From Candidatus Marinacidobacterales bacterium (GTDB taxonomy: Bacteria > Acidobacteriota > Vicinamibacteria > Marinacidobacterales > DATDRI01), in contig OZ245365.1 in the NCBI GenBank assembly GCA_965226495.1, forward strand, positions 1,600,001 to 1,664,000: a stretch of 64,000 nt of DNA, read 5' to 3'. Numbering within the stretch: the first letter of the stretch is position 1; each line of letters starts with the position of its first letter. Shown here one piece after another: positions 38,261 through 47,624 of this stretch. The translations under genes and the position numbers were made by a program. Below the pieces are notes generated by a model. The model worked only from the letters and a program-made list of their open reading frames with translations, was not told the origin of the DNA and did not search any database.

Positions 38261-40060
38261 ATGTCCAAGGAGTTGATCGTCAGTCACCACCCCCAGGAAA
38301 CCAAAGTCGCCCTCGTCGAGGATGGCGTCGTTACAGAAGTCTCAGTCGAGAGAGAGAGTAGTCGAAGCGTTGTAGGGAACCTGTATAAGGGCCGTGTCAA
38401 CCGCGTCCTCCCCGGGATGCAGTCGGCCTTCGTCGATGCTGGCTTGGAGCGCGACGCCTTCCTGTATGTCTCCGACGTATTGGAGGAGGAGTTCGACGCC
38501 TTCCAAACCGTGGAAGAGGAGAAGATAGCTGAGACGGAGCGAGAGATCGTCCGCGCCAAGGCCAAGAACCACTCCATCGATGAGCTTCTCACCGAAGGGC
38601 AGGAAGTTTTAGTCCAGGTCGCCAAGGAGCCCATCGGAACGAAAGGCGCTCGCATCACCTCCTACGTCAGTCTTCCGGGGCGACTGCTAGTTTTCATGCC
38701 GACTGTCGACCACATCGGGGTCTCCAGGAAGATTGAAACCTCGGAGGAAAGGGCCCGGCTTCGACAGTTGATTCAGCAGAACCGCACGGTTGGAGGCGGG
38801 TACATTGTCCGGACCGCGGTGATTGGCAAAGACGACGAGGCGATTTTGGCCGACATGCGTTTTCTCGAAAGCCAATGGACCGAGATTCGGCGCAAGGCCG
38901 AGTCTGCCAAGGCCCCCGCAGTCATCCATCGTGATCTCGGTCTGGTGTTCAAGCTCATTCGGGACATGCTTTCACTGGATTTCAGTGCTATCCGCATCGA
39001 TTCCGAAAAGTTATACGACGAAGTCGTGGAGTTCGTGAAGCAGATTCAGCCCCAGATGTTGCATCGCGTCAAGCTCTACTCCAAGAACTACCCGATTTTC
39101 GACGAGTACGGAGTGCAGGCCGAGATCGATCGTGCCCTCAAGAGCAAAGTTTGGCTCAAGTCGGGCGGATACATCGTGATCAATCAGACCGAGGCTTTGG
39201 TCGCGATCGACGTCAATACCGGTCGCTACACGGGCAGCAAGCGCCTTGAGGATACGATCACACGAATCAATCTAGAAGCCATCAAAGAGATCGCGCATCA
39301 AATTCGGCTCAGGGATCTGGGGGGCATCATCGTCATCGATTTCATCGACATGGAGGAGAGGCGCAATCAACAGAAAGTCTTCACCGACCTCGAAGAAGAG
39401 CTCGCGAACGATCGGTCTCCCACGAAAGCGATTCAGATTAACGAGTTCGGCCTGATGATCCTCACTCGCAAACGGGTGAAGAAATCCCTCGAGCGTACGC
39501 TGAGCCAAGCCTGTCCTTATTGTCAGGGGAGTGCCCGCGTCAAGTCGGCGACAACGATCGGCTATGAGATTCTCGACCATGTTCGAAGGAAGGCGTCGGA
39601 GCTTCCCCAAGACGGGGCGATGATAAAAGTCCATCCGGATGTGGGCCGTGCCCTTCAGAAGGGCGAGGCGCCCGTGCTCGACGAGATCAGGTCCATCCTA
39701 GGCGCAAGAACCGAGATCAAGCCGATGACCGGTTTCCACCACGAGCAGTTCGAGGTCCTGGCTCGAAAGGAATCGGGAAGACAGCGGAGACCCGAACGAC
39801 CGTCGAGGGGCTCCAACCGGCGGGTCTCCCCCGCCAGATCTGCCAAGCAAGGCAATCAGGAAAGACGCGGGGGGCGAGGGGCTTCCCCGAGGCAAGAAAA
39901 GGCGCACACGCCTGAAAGCGTGAATAGGGCTGAACAGACTAAGCCGCCTGAAGAGGCTGAAGAGGCTGAAGAGGCTGAACAGAGTCAACAGCCTGGACCG
40001 CCCGAACGAGTCGACGAAGGTAGTAGCGAAGGGCAAGCCCCGTCATCAGCGGGCTCCTAA
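38261..40060 (+). CDS. rng: Ribonuclease, Rne/Rng family
   Basis: VGNLYKGRV..VLPGMQSAFVD, KEPIGTKGARIT, AIDVNTG, RLRDLGGIIVIDFIDM, CPYC; R/E/P-rich tail. ATG 38261. Confidence 0.93.
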   Translation: MSKELIVSHHPQETKVALVEDGVVTEVSVERESSRSVVGNLYKGRVNRVLPGMQSAFVDAGLERDAFLYVSDVLEEEFDAFQTVEEEKIAETEREIVRAKAKNHSIDELLTEGQEVLVQVAKEPIGTKGARITSYVSLPGRLLVFMPTVDHIGVSRKIETSEERARLRQLIQQNRTVGGGYIVRTAVIGKDDEAILADMRFLESQWTEIRRKAESAKAPAVIHRDLGLVFKLIRDMLSLDFSAIRIDSEKLYDEVVEFVKQIQPQMLHRVKLYSKNYPIFDEYGVQAEIDRALKSKVWLKSGGYIVINQTEALVAIDVNTGRYTGSKRLEDTITRINLEAIKEIAHQIRLRDLGGIIVIDFIDMEERRNQQKVFTDLEEELANDRSPTKAIQINEFGLMILTRKRVKKSLERTLSQACPYCQGSARVKSATTIGYEILDHVRRKASELPQDGAMIKVHPDVGRALQKGEAPVLDEIRSILGARTEIKPMTGFHHEQFEVLARKESGRQRRPERPSRGSNRRVSPARSAKQGNQERRGGRGASPRQEKAHTPESVNRAEQTKPPEEAEEAEEAEQSQQPGPPERVDEGSSEGQAPSSAGS

Positions 40061-40122
40061 ACCCTCGGCCGTAGACGTTGAACTCCCCGGCATTCCCCCG
40101 GGGGAGGGGGCCTACTGGCTTG

Positions 40123-40623
40123 CTACGGACCTTCCGGACGATATCGTGCCTGATAGATTCCGCGCGGGTCGAAATCCGGGTCCACTTCGAAGGTCCGGCG
40201 GAACGCGTCCAGCGAGTCCTCGAAGTGCTTTAGGACGTAGTGGCAGTATCCCATCAAGTAAAAGACGTCGGCCCGGTCGGGTTCCGTCTGCGAGACATGG
40301 CCGAGTTCCTGAAGGGCTTCGGTGAAGTTGCGATTCCGGTAGTGCCGCAGTCCCCGTGCGTAGGCTTCCGTTGATGCCGTGTCGGTGTTTTGCGAGAGTG
40401 GCTCGGGCGGCGGTGGCGCCTCGGCTGGCATCGATGCGGTCGGGGGTTCTTGGCGCGTTTCTTCCTGTCCGAGTGTCAACGGCGCACCGAGCAGAGTGGC
40501 AACCGAAAAGGCAGTGAGCAAGCGTATCGTTTTTAGTGGGTTTAGTGGGTTTAGCGGGTTTAGCAGGTTTAGCAAGTTGGCCAGGTTGGCCGGCATCCTC
40601 GACAGAGCGCTCAAGGGCTTCAT
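40123..40623 (-). CDS. Exported TPR protein
   Basis: AGGAG RBS before ATG 40623; signal-like segment; TPR helices (YARGLRHY..., FYLMGYCHY). Confidence 0.75.
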   Translation of the reverse strand: MKPLSALSRMPANLANLLNLLNPLNPLNPLKTIRLLTAFSVATLLGAPLTLGQEETRQEPPTASMPAEAPPPPEPLSQNTDTASTEAYARGLRHYRNRNFTEALQELGHVSQTEPDRADVFYLMGYCHYVLKHFEDSLDAFRRTFEVDPDFDPRGIYQARYRPEGP

Positions 40624-40690
40624 GGGGCTATCTCCTGTATTCAGTTGTGGCGCGCTGGAAATCTCGGTTCCCATAGTAGCATGAAACGAA

Positions 40691-41632
40691 TCACTGGGAT
40701 TTGGCCTGGATGATCTCGGCTTCGGCCTTCTGCTGGAACTCGATGAAATCCGGATGGTCCGGAAGCCTAGAAGAGAGTGGGACCAAGCGATAAAAGAAAC
40801 GGGTGGCCCGCGACTCGGCGTCGAAGAAAAGCCTCAACTCGCCGAGCGTCATTCCCTGGGGGTACGGGTAAGAAATGAGAGTGTCTCCTTCGAACGCCGG
40901 ATGATCGAGATGTGTGTCATTCGCGGCGCCCACCAGTATGTCGATCCCTGGGACTGCCCTGGCGAGCTCCTTGGCCGCTGGCAGAGGCAATTGTGCTAGG
41001 ACCACGACAACGTCACATTTCCCGCGAAGCTCGCCGACGAGTGCCCGCGCTCTTTCTACCGGGTCGGCGAAGTCGATGGCGAGTGAATCGGAGGCCGGGT
41101 CGGTGAGGCCCATGAAACCAAAACGAATCGTGCGTCCCTCAGCGGTCTCGACTTCTTGGATCACGTACGGGGGGATCTCTAGGCTCGACTCGGATCCGAG
41201 GATGGCATTGGCGGAGACGAAGGGCAACTTCGTATTTCCCAGCTCGGTCCAGCGGTCGGTCTCTGGTATGACTTCCAGCTCCCCGATGTTGATAGCGGAG
41301 TAGTTCATGCGGAGCATCCCTTCCAGGACCCACCGGTTTCTAACCTCCGCCTCGAGGGCTACATCGGCCGAGAAGTCGCCCGCATCGACCAATATCCATG
41401 GTGTGCGGGAGAAGATCTTCTCGAACTGTTCTAGGTACCTCGCCCGCCGGGCAAAGCCCCCGAGGGGGTTGCGGCTTCAGCCACAGGGCTCAACGTAGCC
41501 GCGGAGCTCTCCGGTGAAGAAAACGGCTATGTCGGCATCCTCTAGCTCATCGGCCTCCGCCCAACGTTCGGAACCTCGAGCGACCGAGAGGAGTAACAGG
41601 AACGCGGCAAACGACAGAAATAGTCTGGACAT
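40691..41632 (-). CDS. UshA-like (5'-nucleotidase N-domain) putative selenoprotein, TGA=Sec at codon 52
   Basis: ORFs 41477-41716 and 40691-41392 are one frame joined by a single TGA: FFTGELRGYVEPCG-TGA-SRNPLGGFARRARY...LVDAGDF; signal peptide; 313 aa. Confidence 0.85.
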
Positions 41633-41666
41633 TTTTTCGAGAAATTCTAGCACAGGGGCACGGCGA

Positions 41667-42584
41667 GTAAAAGGCGGACGCATCCTGGTTATCCGAGCCG
41701 GAGCACTTGGAGACACGATTCTCGCCTTGCCGGCCCTTCGGGCTCTCCATGAGTGGAACCAGGGAGGTCCACTTGATCTAGCCGGCTACCCCTCGGTGCT
41801 GCAGGTGGCCCGCCTCGCTATTCCAGTTCACGCGATCCACTCCGTTGACCGTGCTCTTTTCACCGGCCTATTCTCCGATGGGCTCCCCGCCGAACTCCAA
41901 GGCTTTCTCCGCTCGTTCGACCTAATCGTTGCGTGGGTCCGTGAAGAATCCGTGGATCTCCGGCAGAAGCTCGACCGGGCTGAGATGCCCTGTATTCAGA
42001 CGAATCCGTACCCTCCACCGGGAGCGGGAGTACACGCGAGTCTTCATTTGTTGCAGAGCCTTTCACCTTTGGGTATCCGAGACCCGCTGTCGCCTCCCAA
42101 GCTGGAGTTTCCGATCGATGCGTCACGAGCCGCTCAGGAGTTTCTCACCCAAGCCGGTCTCAAGCAGGGCTGTTTTCTCGCCATTCACTCTGGCAGCGGA
42201 AGCGCCCTCAAGAACTGGGAGCCCAAGAGGTTCGGCAGTCTCGCGACCCGGGCGCGAGCCGCCGGTCAACAAGTCTTGATCATCGAAGGGGAGGCGGACC
42301 GGGAAGCCGCGGTGGCTCTTAGGGGAACGCTTTCTTGGCGTCCCCCAACTGCGGCGGGGCTAAGTCTCCCGGTTCTTGGCGCCGTCCTGTTCCAAGCTGG
42401 TGTTTTCGTGGGAAACGATTCGGGAGTCTCGCACCTCGCCGCCGCCTCGGGGGCCCCAACGATCGCCCTTTTTGGTCCCACCGATCCCGCGGTGTGGGCT
42501 CCTCTCGGTCCATCCGTCGAGATTCTGCCCCAGACCTCCTCTGACGAGGCGGTCTGGGAGGCGGCCCAGCGGTTAGCCAGGTAG
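41667..42584 (+). CDS. Glycosyltransferase family 9 (heptosyltransferase-like)
   Basis: ILVIRAGALGD, HSGSGS..KNW, VGNDSGVSHLAAA, LFGPT. Start unresolved: GTA at 41667 is where homology begins; the ORF-track GTG 41514 overlaps the opposite gene. Confidence 0.85.
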   Translation, partial: VKGGRILVIRAGALGDTILALPALRALHEWNQGGPLDLAGYPSVLQVARLAIPVHAIHSVDRALFTGLFSDGLPAELQGFLRSFDLIVAWVREESVDLRQKLDRAEMPCIQTNPYPPPGAGVHASLHLLQSLSPLGIRDPLSPPKLEFPIDASRAAQEFLTQAGLKQGCFLAIHSGSGSALKNWEPKRFGSLATRARAAGQQVLIIEGEADREAAVALRGTLSWRPPTAAGLSLPVLGAVLFQAGVFVGNDSGVSHLAAASGAPTIALFGPTDPAVWAPLGPSVEILPQTSSDEAVWEAAQRLAR

Positions 42585-42840
42585 CAGAGTGCTCAAGAAT
42601 TCAGCTGCACCCTGCGCGAGGAGCCCTCAGCTGTCCCGAAGCCGGTAGCCGGCGAAGGGACGGCGGTGGGGGTGAAACCCCACCGCATTGATGAAAGAGC
42701 GAGCGCGGCCCGAGTGGGCCGACGACGGATGCGCCGAGCACGCGAACGCAGCCATGAGCCCATCGGAGTCGCCAGTCGACGGAGCATGAGGCGTGGGGGT
42801 GGGGCCCCGCGCCACTTTCTGGAAGAGTGAGCGTGCACTG
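42584..42840. repeat. Longest composite REP-like element
   Basis: GAGCCCTCAGC motif; hairpins GCGGTGGGG-GTGAAA-CCCCACCGC (42663-42686) and GGCGTGGGG-GTGGGG-CCCCGCGCC (42790-42813). Confidence 0.8.
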
Positions 42841-43122
42841 ACCGCAGAATGTAGGCTCCACCCCGCTACCAAAAAGGGGGAAACCCCTACACAGTAACGT
42901 AGGGAATTGCCTACGTTTCGTGCGAAAACATGATATAGTACTTGAGGTCTTAGGGCTCCGGAAGGGCACCATCACACCACTGATAGTGTCTGTCTGGGCG
43001 CTAGGTAGAAGATGAAGTAACGGCCGCTGTTAGGCATGCAACTTGCTAAAAGGGCTCGCATCAGAGCCAATTGGCCCCCGGGGGCACCAAATTTCCTGGG
43101 GCTTAGCAAGGAGTGAAATTCG

Positions 43123-43458
43123 ATGCTTCAATCTGTTGACACGCAACAGTTCGCTATCGGGATCTACCAAGGTTCCGTAAGAGTTGGCAAGGTCCGTTTT
43201 CAAATCGGCATTCGGGCCATCGAAGGCGAGGTGGGCTACACCGCCGAGGAGCCCGAGCTTCGCCGGTCGCTTCGCCGGATCGTCGGGAAGCAGCGCTGGT
43301 GGAGTTGGAAGGAGCTGACCCGCAAGCTTATCGACTCCCTTTCTTTGTCCACTGGGGGCCGGTTCGTCCTGCGGTTCGGAACCACTCCCTCAGATGAGGG
43401 TCGTGGCACCGGTGACGATCGCTTGCGCAGGGCGATCGATCGGGCAGTCAACGAATAA
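43123..43458 (+). CDS. Hypothetical protein (111 aa)
   Basis: AAGGAG RBS, extended -10 TGATATAGT at 42931-42939 and its own terminator; no recognisable family. Confidence 0.6.
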   Translation: MLQSVDTQQFAIGIYQGSVRVGKVRFQIGIRAIEGEVGYTAEEPELRRSLRRIVGKQRWWSWKELTRKLIDSLSLSTGGRFVLRFGTTPSDEGRGTGDDRLRRAIDRAVNE

Positions 43459-43537
43459 GCTGGGAATAGTCGAGTAGCTTTAGTCACCCGACTCAGTCCC
43501 ACTAGGCCCGACTAAAACTAAGTATCGAAGGAAGAGC

Positions 43538-43568
43538 GAGGCGCGGACCACCGCGCCTCCATTTTTTT
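43538..43568 (+). terminator. Rho-independent terminator
   Basis: GAGGCGCGG-ACCA-CCGCGCCTC followed by CA and T7. Confidence 0.85.
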
Positions 43569-43589
43569 CTCTCTAAGTTAAGAGAGCTA

Positions 43590-44330
43590 CTACCTGCCTA
43601 ACGCCAGCCGATCCGCGAGGGGAGGCGGCAAGCCAGCGGCACGTATTTTTCTCTGCGTACGGTCGTATCGGTATTCCACGCGGTGGATGGTCATGGTCAT
43701 CTTGGTGGAGTCGAAAATTCCGAAGCTGGCACGTTTGTCTCCATCCCGCGGCTGACCGATCGAGCCCGGATTGATGAGGTAAAAGGCATCCTTTCGGAGC
43801 TGCAGCCGGAACGTGGGGCTGGTGGGGACATAAGTTGTCAACGATTCCGAGTCCAGGCAGAAAGCGACCGGGAAATGACTGTGCCCAAAGAAACATATCG
43901 GGAACTTGAGGAAGCGGAACATGTTGAGTGCTTCGATCTCTCCGAAGATGTAGGCGTCTTCATCGAGTGGGGTGCCATGAGAGATCGAAAACGTCTCGTC
44001 CACGTGGACCGGCCCCTGCGGGAGACCAGCAAGCCACTTGCGGTTGCCGGGAAGGAGTTTTTTCTGGGTCCACTTGGCGGAGACGAGGGCGATGCGGTTG
44101 AACATCTCACCCGATTCCAGCCCGCTACATACCTTATCGTGGTTCCCCCGGATGATGACCGCGCGCTTGAGGGAGCGGACCATGTCGACGATGGGGTTGG
44201 GCTCTGCCCCGTAGCCGACAAGGTCTCCCAAAATCACGGTTCGGTCAAACCGTTTTCTCCGGACGAAACGGAGGACGGCGGTAAGCGCCTCACGGTTCGA
44301 GTGGATGTCGCTCAGTATCAGGTATCTCAT
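43590..44330 (-). CDS. Metallophosphoesterase family protein
   Basis: SDIHSN, LGDLVGYG, RGNHD, GHSH, NPGSIGQPRD. Confidence 0.92.
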   Translation of the reverse strand: MRYLILSDIHSNREALTAVLRFVRRKRFDRTVILGDLVGYGAEPNPIVDMVRSLKRAVIIRGNHDKVCSGLESGEMFNRIALVSAKWTQKKLLPGNRKWLAGLPQGPVHVDETFSISHGTPLDEDAYIFGEIEALNMFRFLKFPICFFGHSHFPVAFCLDSESLTTYVPTSPTFRLQLRKDAFYLINPGSIGQPRDGDKRASFGIFDSTKMTMTIHRVEYRYDRTQRKIRAAGLPPPLADRLALGR

Positions 44331-44857
44331 CAGCTCTCGCAGTACGTTTGCAGCACGATGGCGAGTCGTGCGGTGACTTTCGCCAACGGCAACGCATTCA
44401 TGTTGAAGCGAATATCGGCTTTACTATAGTCGAGCAAGCGCTCATCTAGAAGCGCCCTGACTTGCTCCGTGCTGTGCCACAAGGGTCGATGCCGTCCTCT
44501 CGCGCCGCGCTCGATCACGAGTTCGGTCGGCGCATCCAGCCAAACGCTTACGCCACTAGAACCAATAATCTCCCGGTTCTCGGCTCGAGTGAAGGTCCCC
44601 CCACCGGTGGCGATGACTCCTGGCTCTCGTTTCACAATTTCACGAAGGCGCTCGGTCTCGATCGCGCGGAACGAGCCTTCTCCAACCGCGGCGAAGATTT
44701 CGTGGATCTTCTTCCCAATGTCTTGCTCGATCTCTTCATCCAAATCATAAAACGGCACACCGAGACGCTTGGCAACTCCCCGCCCTACCGTGCTTTTGCC
44801 GACCCCCATGAAACCGACGATGAAGAACCGTGTCCCGTCGACAACGTTCTTTGTCAT
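44330..44857 (-). CDS. aroK: Shikimate kinase
   Basis: GFMGVGKS, DLD, GEGSFR..E, ATGGG, RPL; ATG overlaps the aroA stop. Confidence 0.93.
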   Translation of the reverse strand: MTKNVVDGTRFFIVGFMGVGKSTVGRGVAKRLGVPFYDLDEEIEQDIGKKIHEIFAAVGEGSFRAIETERLREIVKREPGVIATGGGTFTRAENREIIGSSGVSVWLDAPTELVIERGARGRHRPLWHSTEQVRALLDERLLDYSKADIRFNMNALPLAKVTARLAIVLQTYCES

Positions 44858-46128
44858 GCAACTGCTTGGTCCAAAGTCTCCCAGAACTCCGGGAAGGAAA
44901 CGCTCGCTGCACTTTTTCCTTTGATCTGGCATGTTCCGTCGACACCGAGTGCTGCCACTCCCCACGCCATCGCGATGCGGTGATCACCGAAGCTGTCGAG
45001 ACTGGCCGCGCGCATCGGCCTTCCCCCTCTTACCCGTAGCCCGTCCGTCAGTTCTTCCACGTCGACGTTCAAGGCACGCAGTCCCGTCACCAAAGCATGT
45101 ATCCGGTCGGACTCTTTCACCCGGAGCTCGGAGGCCCCGCGAATGGTTGTTTCCCCATGTGCGAACGAGGCGGCCACCGCGAGGGCGGGGATCTCGTCGA
45201 TGAGTCCGGGCACGCGTTCGGCGGGCACCTCCACGCCGGCTAGCTCCGCGCCCTCGACGCGCACGCTACCGATGACCTCCCCGTCTTGCTCGTGCTCTTC
45301 CTCGATGATTATCCGAGCACCCATGGACTGGAGGACTTCGATGAAGGCAGTGCGGGTCGGGTTCAATCCAACGTCGGTTACGAGGAGACTGGATCCAGGA
45401 AGAACCGCGGCCCCCACAATGAAAAAAGCTGCGGAGGAGATATCGCCCGGAATCCTTATCCTTGTCGATTGCAGCTTGCTTCCGCCGGTGATGCGGACGC
45501 CGTCCTCATCGAGGGAAACCGGCACTCCGAACCGCATGAGAGCGAGCTCGGTATGGTTGCGGGAGGGAAGCGGCTCCTGAACACAGGTGTCGCCCTCGGC
45601 GTGGAGTCCCGCAAGCAAGACGGCGGTTTTTACTTGAGCACTCGCGACCGGAGACCGATAGAGTATGCCTTTGAGGCTCCTGCCACCGCGAATGTGAAGT
45701 GGTGCTCGCCCCTCGGTCGATTCGATGCGCGCGCCCATCCGCTCCAACGGATCGATGACTCGTCGCATCGGTCTGCGCTCCAAGCTTTCGTCGCCGGTCA
45801 AGTGGCTGTCGAACGCTTGGGGCGCAAGGAGACCACAAGCCATGCGGAGCGTGGTCCCCGAATTTCCCGCATAGAGAGTCGAAGAGGGTGCACGAAAGCC
45901 GAGATAGCCCTTGCCCGAGACGGAGACTCGATCGTGCTGGCGCTCCACGCGGACGCCGATGGCCTCGAGAAGGTCTAGCGTGCGTTGGCAGTCTCCGCCC
46001 GCGGGATAGCGCTCGATAACGGAGGTGCCTTGCGCGATAGACGCGAAAAGCGCCGCCCGATGCGCAATCGACTTATCGCCGGGTAGCGCCACGGTCCCGC
46101 GCAGGTGTATCCCGGCTGCTTGCTTCAT
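44854..46128 (-). CDS. aroA: 3-phosphoshikimate 1-carboxyvinyltransferase
   Basis: PGDKSI, GNSGTT, RPMRRV, SAQVK, ELRVKESDRI, DHRIAM. Confidence 0.96.
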   Translation of the reverse strand: MKQAAGIHLRGTVALPGDKSIAHRAALFASIAQGTSVIERYPAGGDCQRTLDLLEAIGVRVERQHDRVSVSGKGYLGFRAPSSTLYAGNSGTTLRMACGLLAPQAFDSHLTGDESLERRPMRRVIDPLERMGARIESTEGRAPLHIRGGRSLKGILYRSPVASAQVKTAVLLAGLHAEGDTCVQEPLPSRNHTELALMRFGVPVSLDEDGVRITGGSKLQSTRIRIPGDISSAAFFIVGAAVLPGSSLLVTDVGLNPTRTAFIEVLQSMGARIIIEEEHEQDGEVIGSVRVEGAELAGVEVPAERVPGLIDEIPALAVAASFAHGETTIRGASELRVKESDRIHALVTGLRALNVDVEELTDGLRVRGGRPMRAASLDSFGDHRIAMAWGVAALGVDGTCQIKGKSAASVSFPEFWETLDQAVA

Positions 46129-46268
46129 TTTGAAATGGTACCATGCCCCGGTCCAAGGGGGCGAGTCCTGGGGCCGCCTTGATTGCGGCGGCGGCTTTGT
46201 GTTACTAAGCCTCAATCTGCCGAGGCATTAGCGGTAAGCGATTCATCGAGACGCGAGGAAGACACTGA

Positions 46269-46706
46269 ATGGGATCCGCTAGTAAGGTCGTTCAAATCGA
46301 CATTCAGAGTAGTTTCGAGATGGTGGATTTGGTTCAGACCGTCTTCGAGTCCATCTCGACTCAGATCGGCTTCGATCAGGATTCCTCCCATTGGATGAGC
46401 GTAGCCATCCGCGAGTCGGTGACCAACGCGGTGCGTCACGGGAACAAGATGGACTCCACGAAGCGCGTCGTGGTGCGTTTCGAGCTGCACGGTCAGGAGT
46501 TCCGGATCTACGTCGAGGACGAAGGAGAGGGTTTCGATCTGGAGAAGCTCCGTGACCCCTTGGCAGAGGAAAACTTGCTGCGCGCCAACGGGAGGGGCAT
46601 CTTCTTCATGAAGAACTTTATGGACGAAGTGGTGTACCGCTTCCCGCCCAATTGCGGTACACAAGTCAAGATGGTGAAGAAGGTCTCGACGGCGAAGCCA
46701 GACTAG
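46269..46706 (+). CDS. Anti-sigma factor / Ser kinase, RsbW-like (HATPase_c)
   Basis: ESVTNAVRHGN, DEGEGFD, GRGIFFM. Confidence 0.9.
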   Translation: MGSASKVVQIDIQSSFEMVDLVQTVFESISTQIGFDQDSSHWMSVAIRESVTNAVRHGNKMDSTKRVVVRFELHGQEFRIYVEDEGEGFDLEKLRDPLAEENLLRANGRGIFFMKNFMDEVVYRFPPNCGTQVKMVKKVSTAKPD

Positions 46707-47049
46707 TCCCGCCCCGCGCAGCGAGAAAACTCAGCGACCCGGTCAAGGAAAAGAAGCCGAAGCTGAGGCCGGTCACGGCCCGAAGGCCATTGCTCCCCTC
46801 ATACGCTTCCAAAGCCTGCAGTACTATGTCCAGCCCAAGGGGGGCAGCACCGAGGAGGCAGACCTCTGTCCGAGGGATGGGGCGGCGAGTCAGGATGTAC
46901 GCCGCGGCCAGCAGAACTCCCAACGTGATCGCCGTACACCGGACACACAGCGGCAGTTGTGTGTCGTAAACGAACCAACTTCGCTCCGGCATTTGGTGGC
47001 AGAAGATGCCCATGAATTGGAACAGCGTCGCGTAGGCCGAGCCCGCCAT
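46666..47049 (-). CDS. DUF2085-type membrane protein
   Basis: CHQMPERS...LPLCVRC and SN..R..TG motifs. Confidence 0.82.
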   Translation of the reverse strand: MAGSAYATLFQFMGIFCHQMPERSWFVYDTQLPLCVRCTAITLGVLLAAAYILTRRPIPRTEVCLLGAAPLGLDIVLQALEAYEGSNGLRAVTGLSFGFFSLTGSLSFLAARGGTSLASPSRPSSPS

Positions 47050-47053
47050 CCTT

Positions 47054-47566
47054 TCAATCCTTGAAAATGCGGAAGCCTTTTTGGAAAAGCAGAGGCGTTC
47101 CGCCCTGCTCCAGCGTGGCTTCGTCGAACGAATGAATCCCTGCCGCGACGTTCAGCAAAGGGAGAGGTAACCAACAACAGACGCCAACGATGAGAAAGGT
47201 CAGCACGAAAGCTATGGCAATGTACGAGAACCAAACGCCGAAGATTAGAAGCGCATCTTTCACGTGATCTCTATTCTTCAGCAGCAAGAGTCCGAGACCA
47301 GGCGCGAGCAGACTAACGACCATTGGAACCGCCGGATGTAGCTCGGTGGATTTCCCTGGATCGGGAGTTGTCGGCGATGGGCTTGGCAACGTCGGAGCCG
47401 GCGGCGTGGACGGCGGAGAAGGTGCGGGTGGGGAGGGGAGTTTTTTTGGGGCTACGGTCTTGGCCTTGGGTTTCAGCGGAGGCGAACCGCTCGCTTGCGG
47501 CTTCTGTTTGCTGGGGTCTTTGCGAGGGGGCTTCCGTGAGGTTGTTGCCTTTTTCTTCTTCGCCAT
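47054..47566 (-). CDS. Hypothetical membrane protein with K/P-rich N-terminus
   Basis: Low-complexity N-terminus, SLLAPGLG, 2-3 TM segments; 4 nt from the DUF2085 gene. Confidence 0.65.
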   Translation of the reverse strand: MAKKKKATTSRKPPRKDPSKQKPQASGSPPLKPKAKTVAPKKLPSPPAPSPPSTPPAPTLPSPSPTTPDPGKSTELHPAVPMVVSLLAPGLGLLLLKNRDHVKDALLIFGVWFSYIAIAFVLTFLIVGVCCWLPLPLLNVAAGIHSFDEATLEQGGTPLLFQKGFRIFKD

Positions 47567-47624
47567 GGCGTCAGGACTATAGTCAAGGTGCTTAGGTCAG
47601 TCAAGAACTCATGCACACCGCGCG

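Noticed and set aside
41440-41500. Pseudogene or frameshift explanation for the split UshA-like ORFs
   Set aside because: Both parts are in the same frame, and the single stop is TGA exactly at a C-G-x motif.
43000-43050. c-di-GMP-II riboswitch (TGAAGT...TGCAAC resemblance)
   Set aside because: Too short between the motifs and lacks the GGGCAC loop/GTGC pseudoknot in the right order.
25362-46706. STAS and RsbW-like genes as one partner-switching locus
   Set aside because: They lie about 20 kb apart with no sigma factor or PP2C phosphatase in the window; pairing cannot be inferred.
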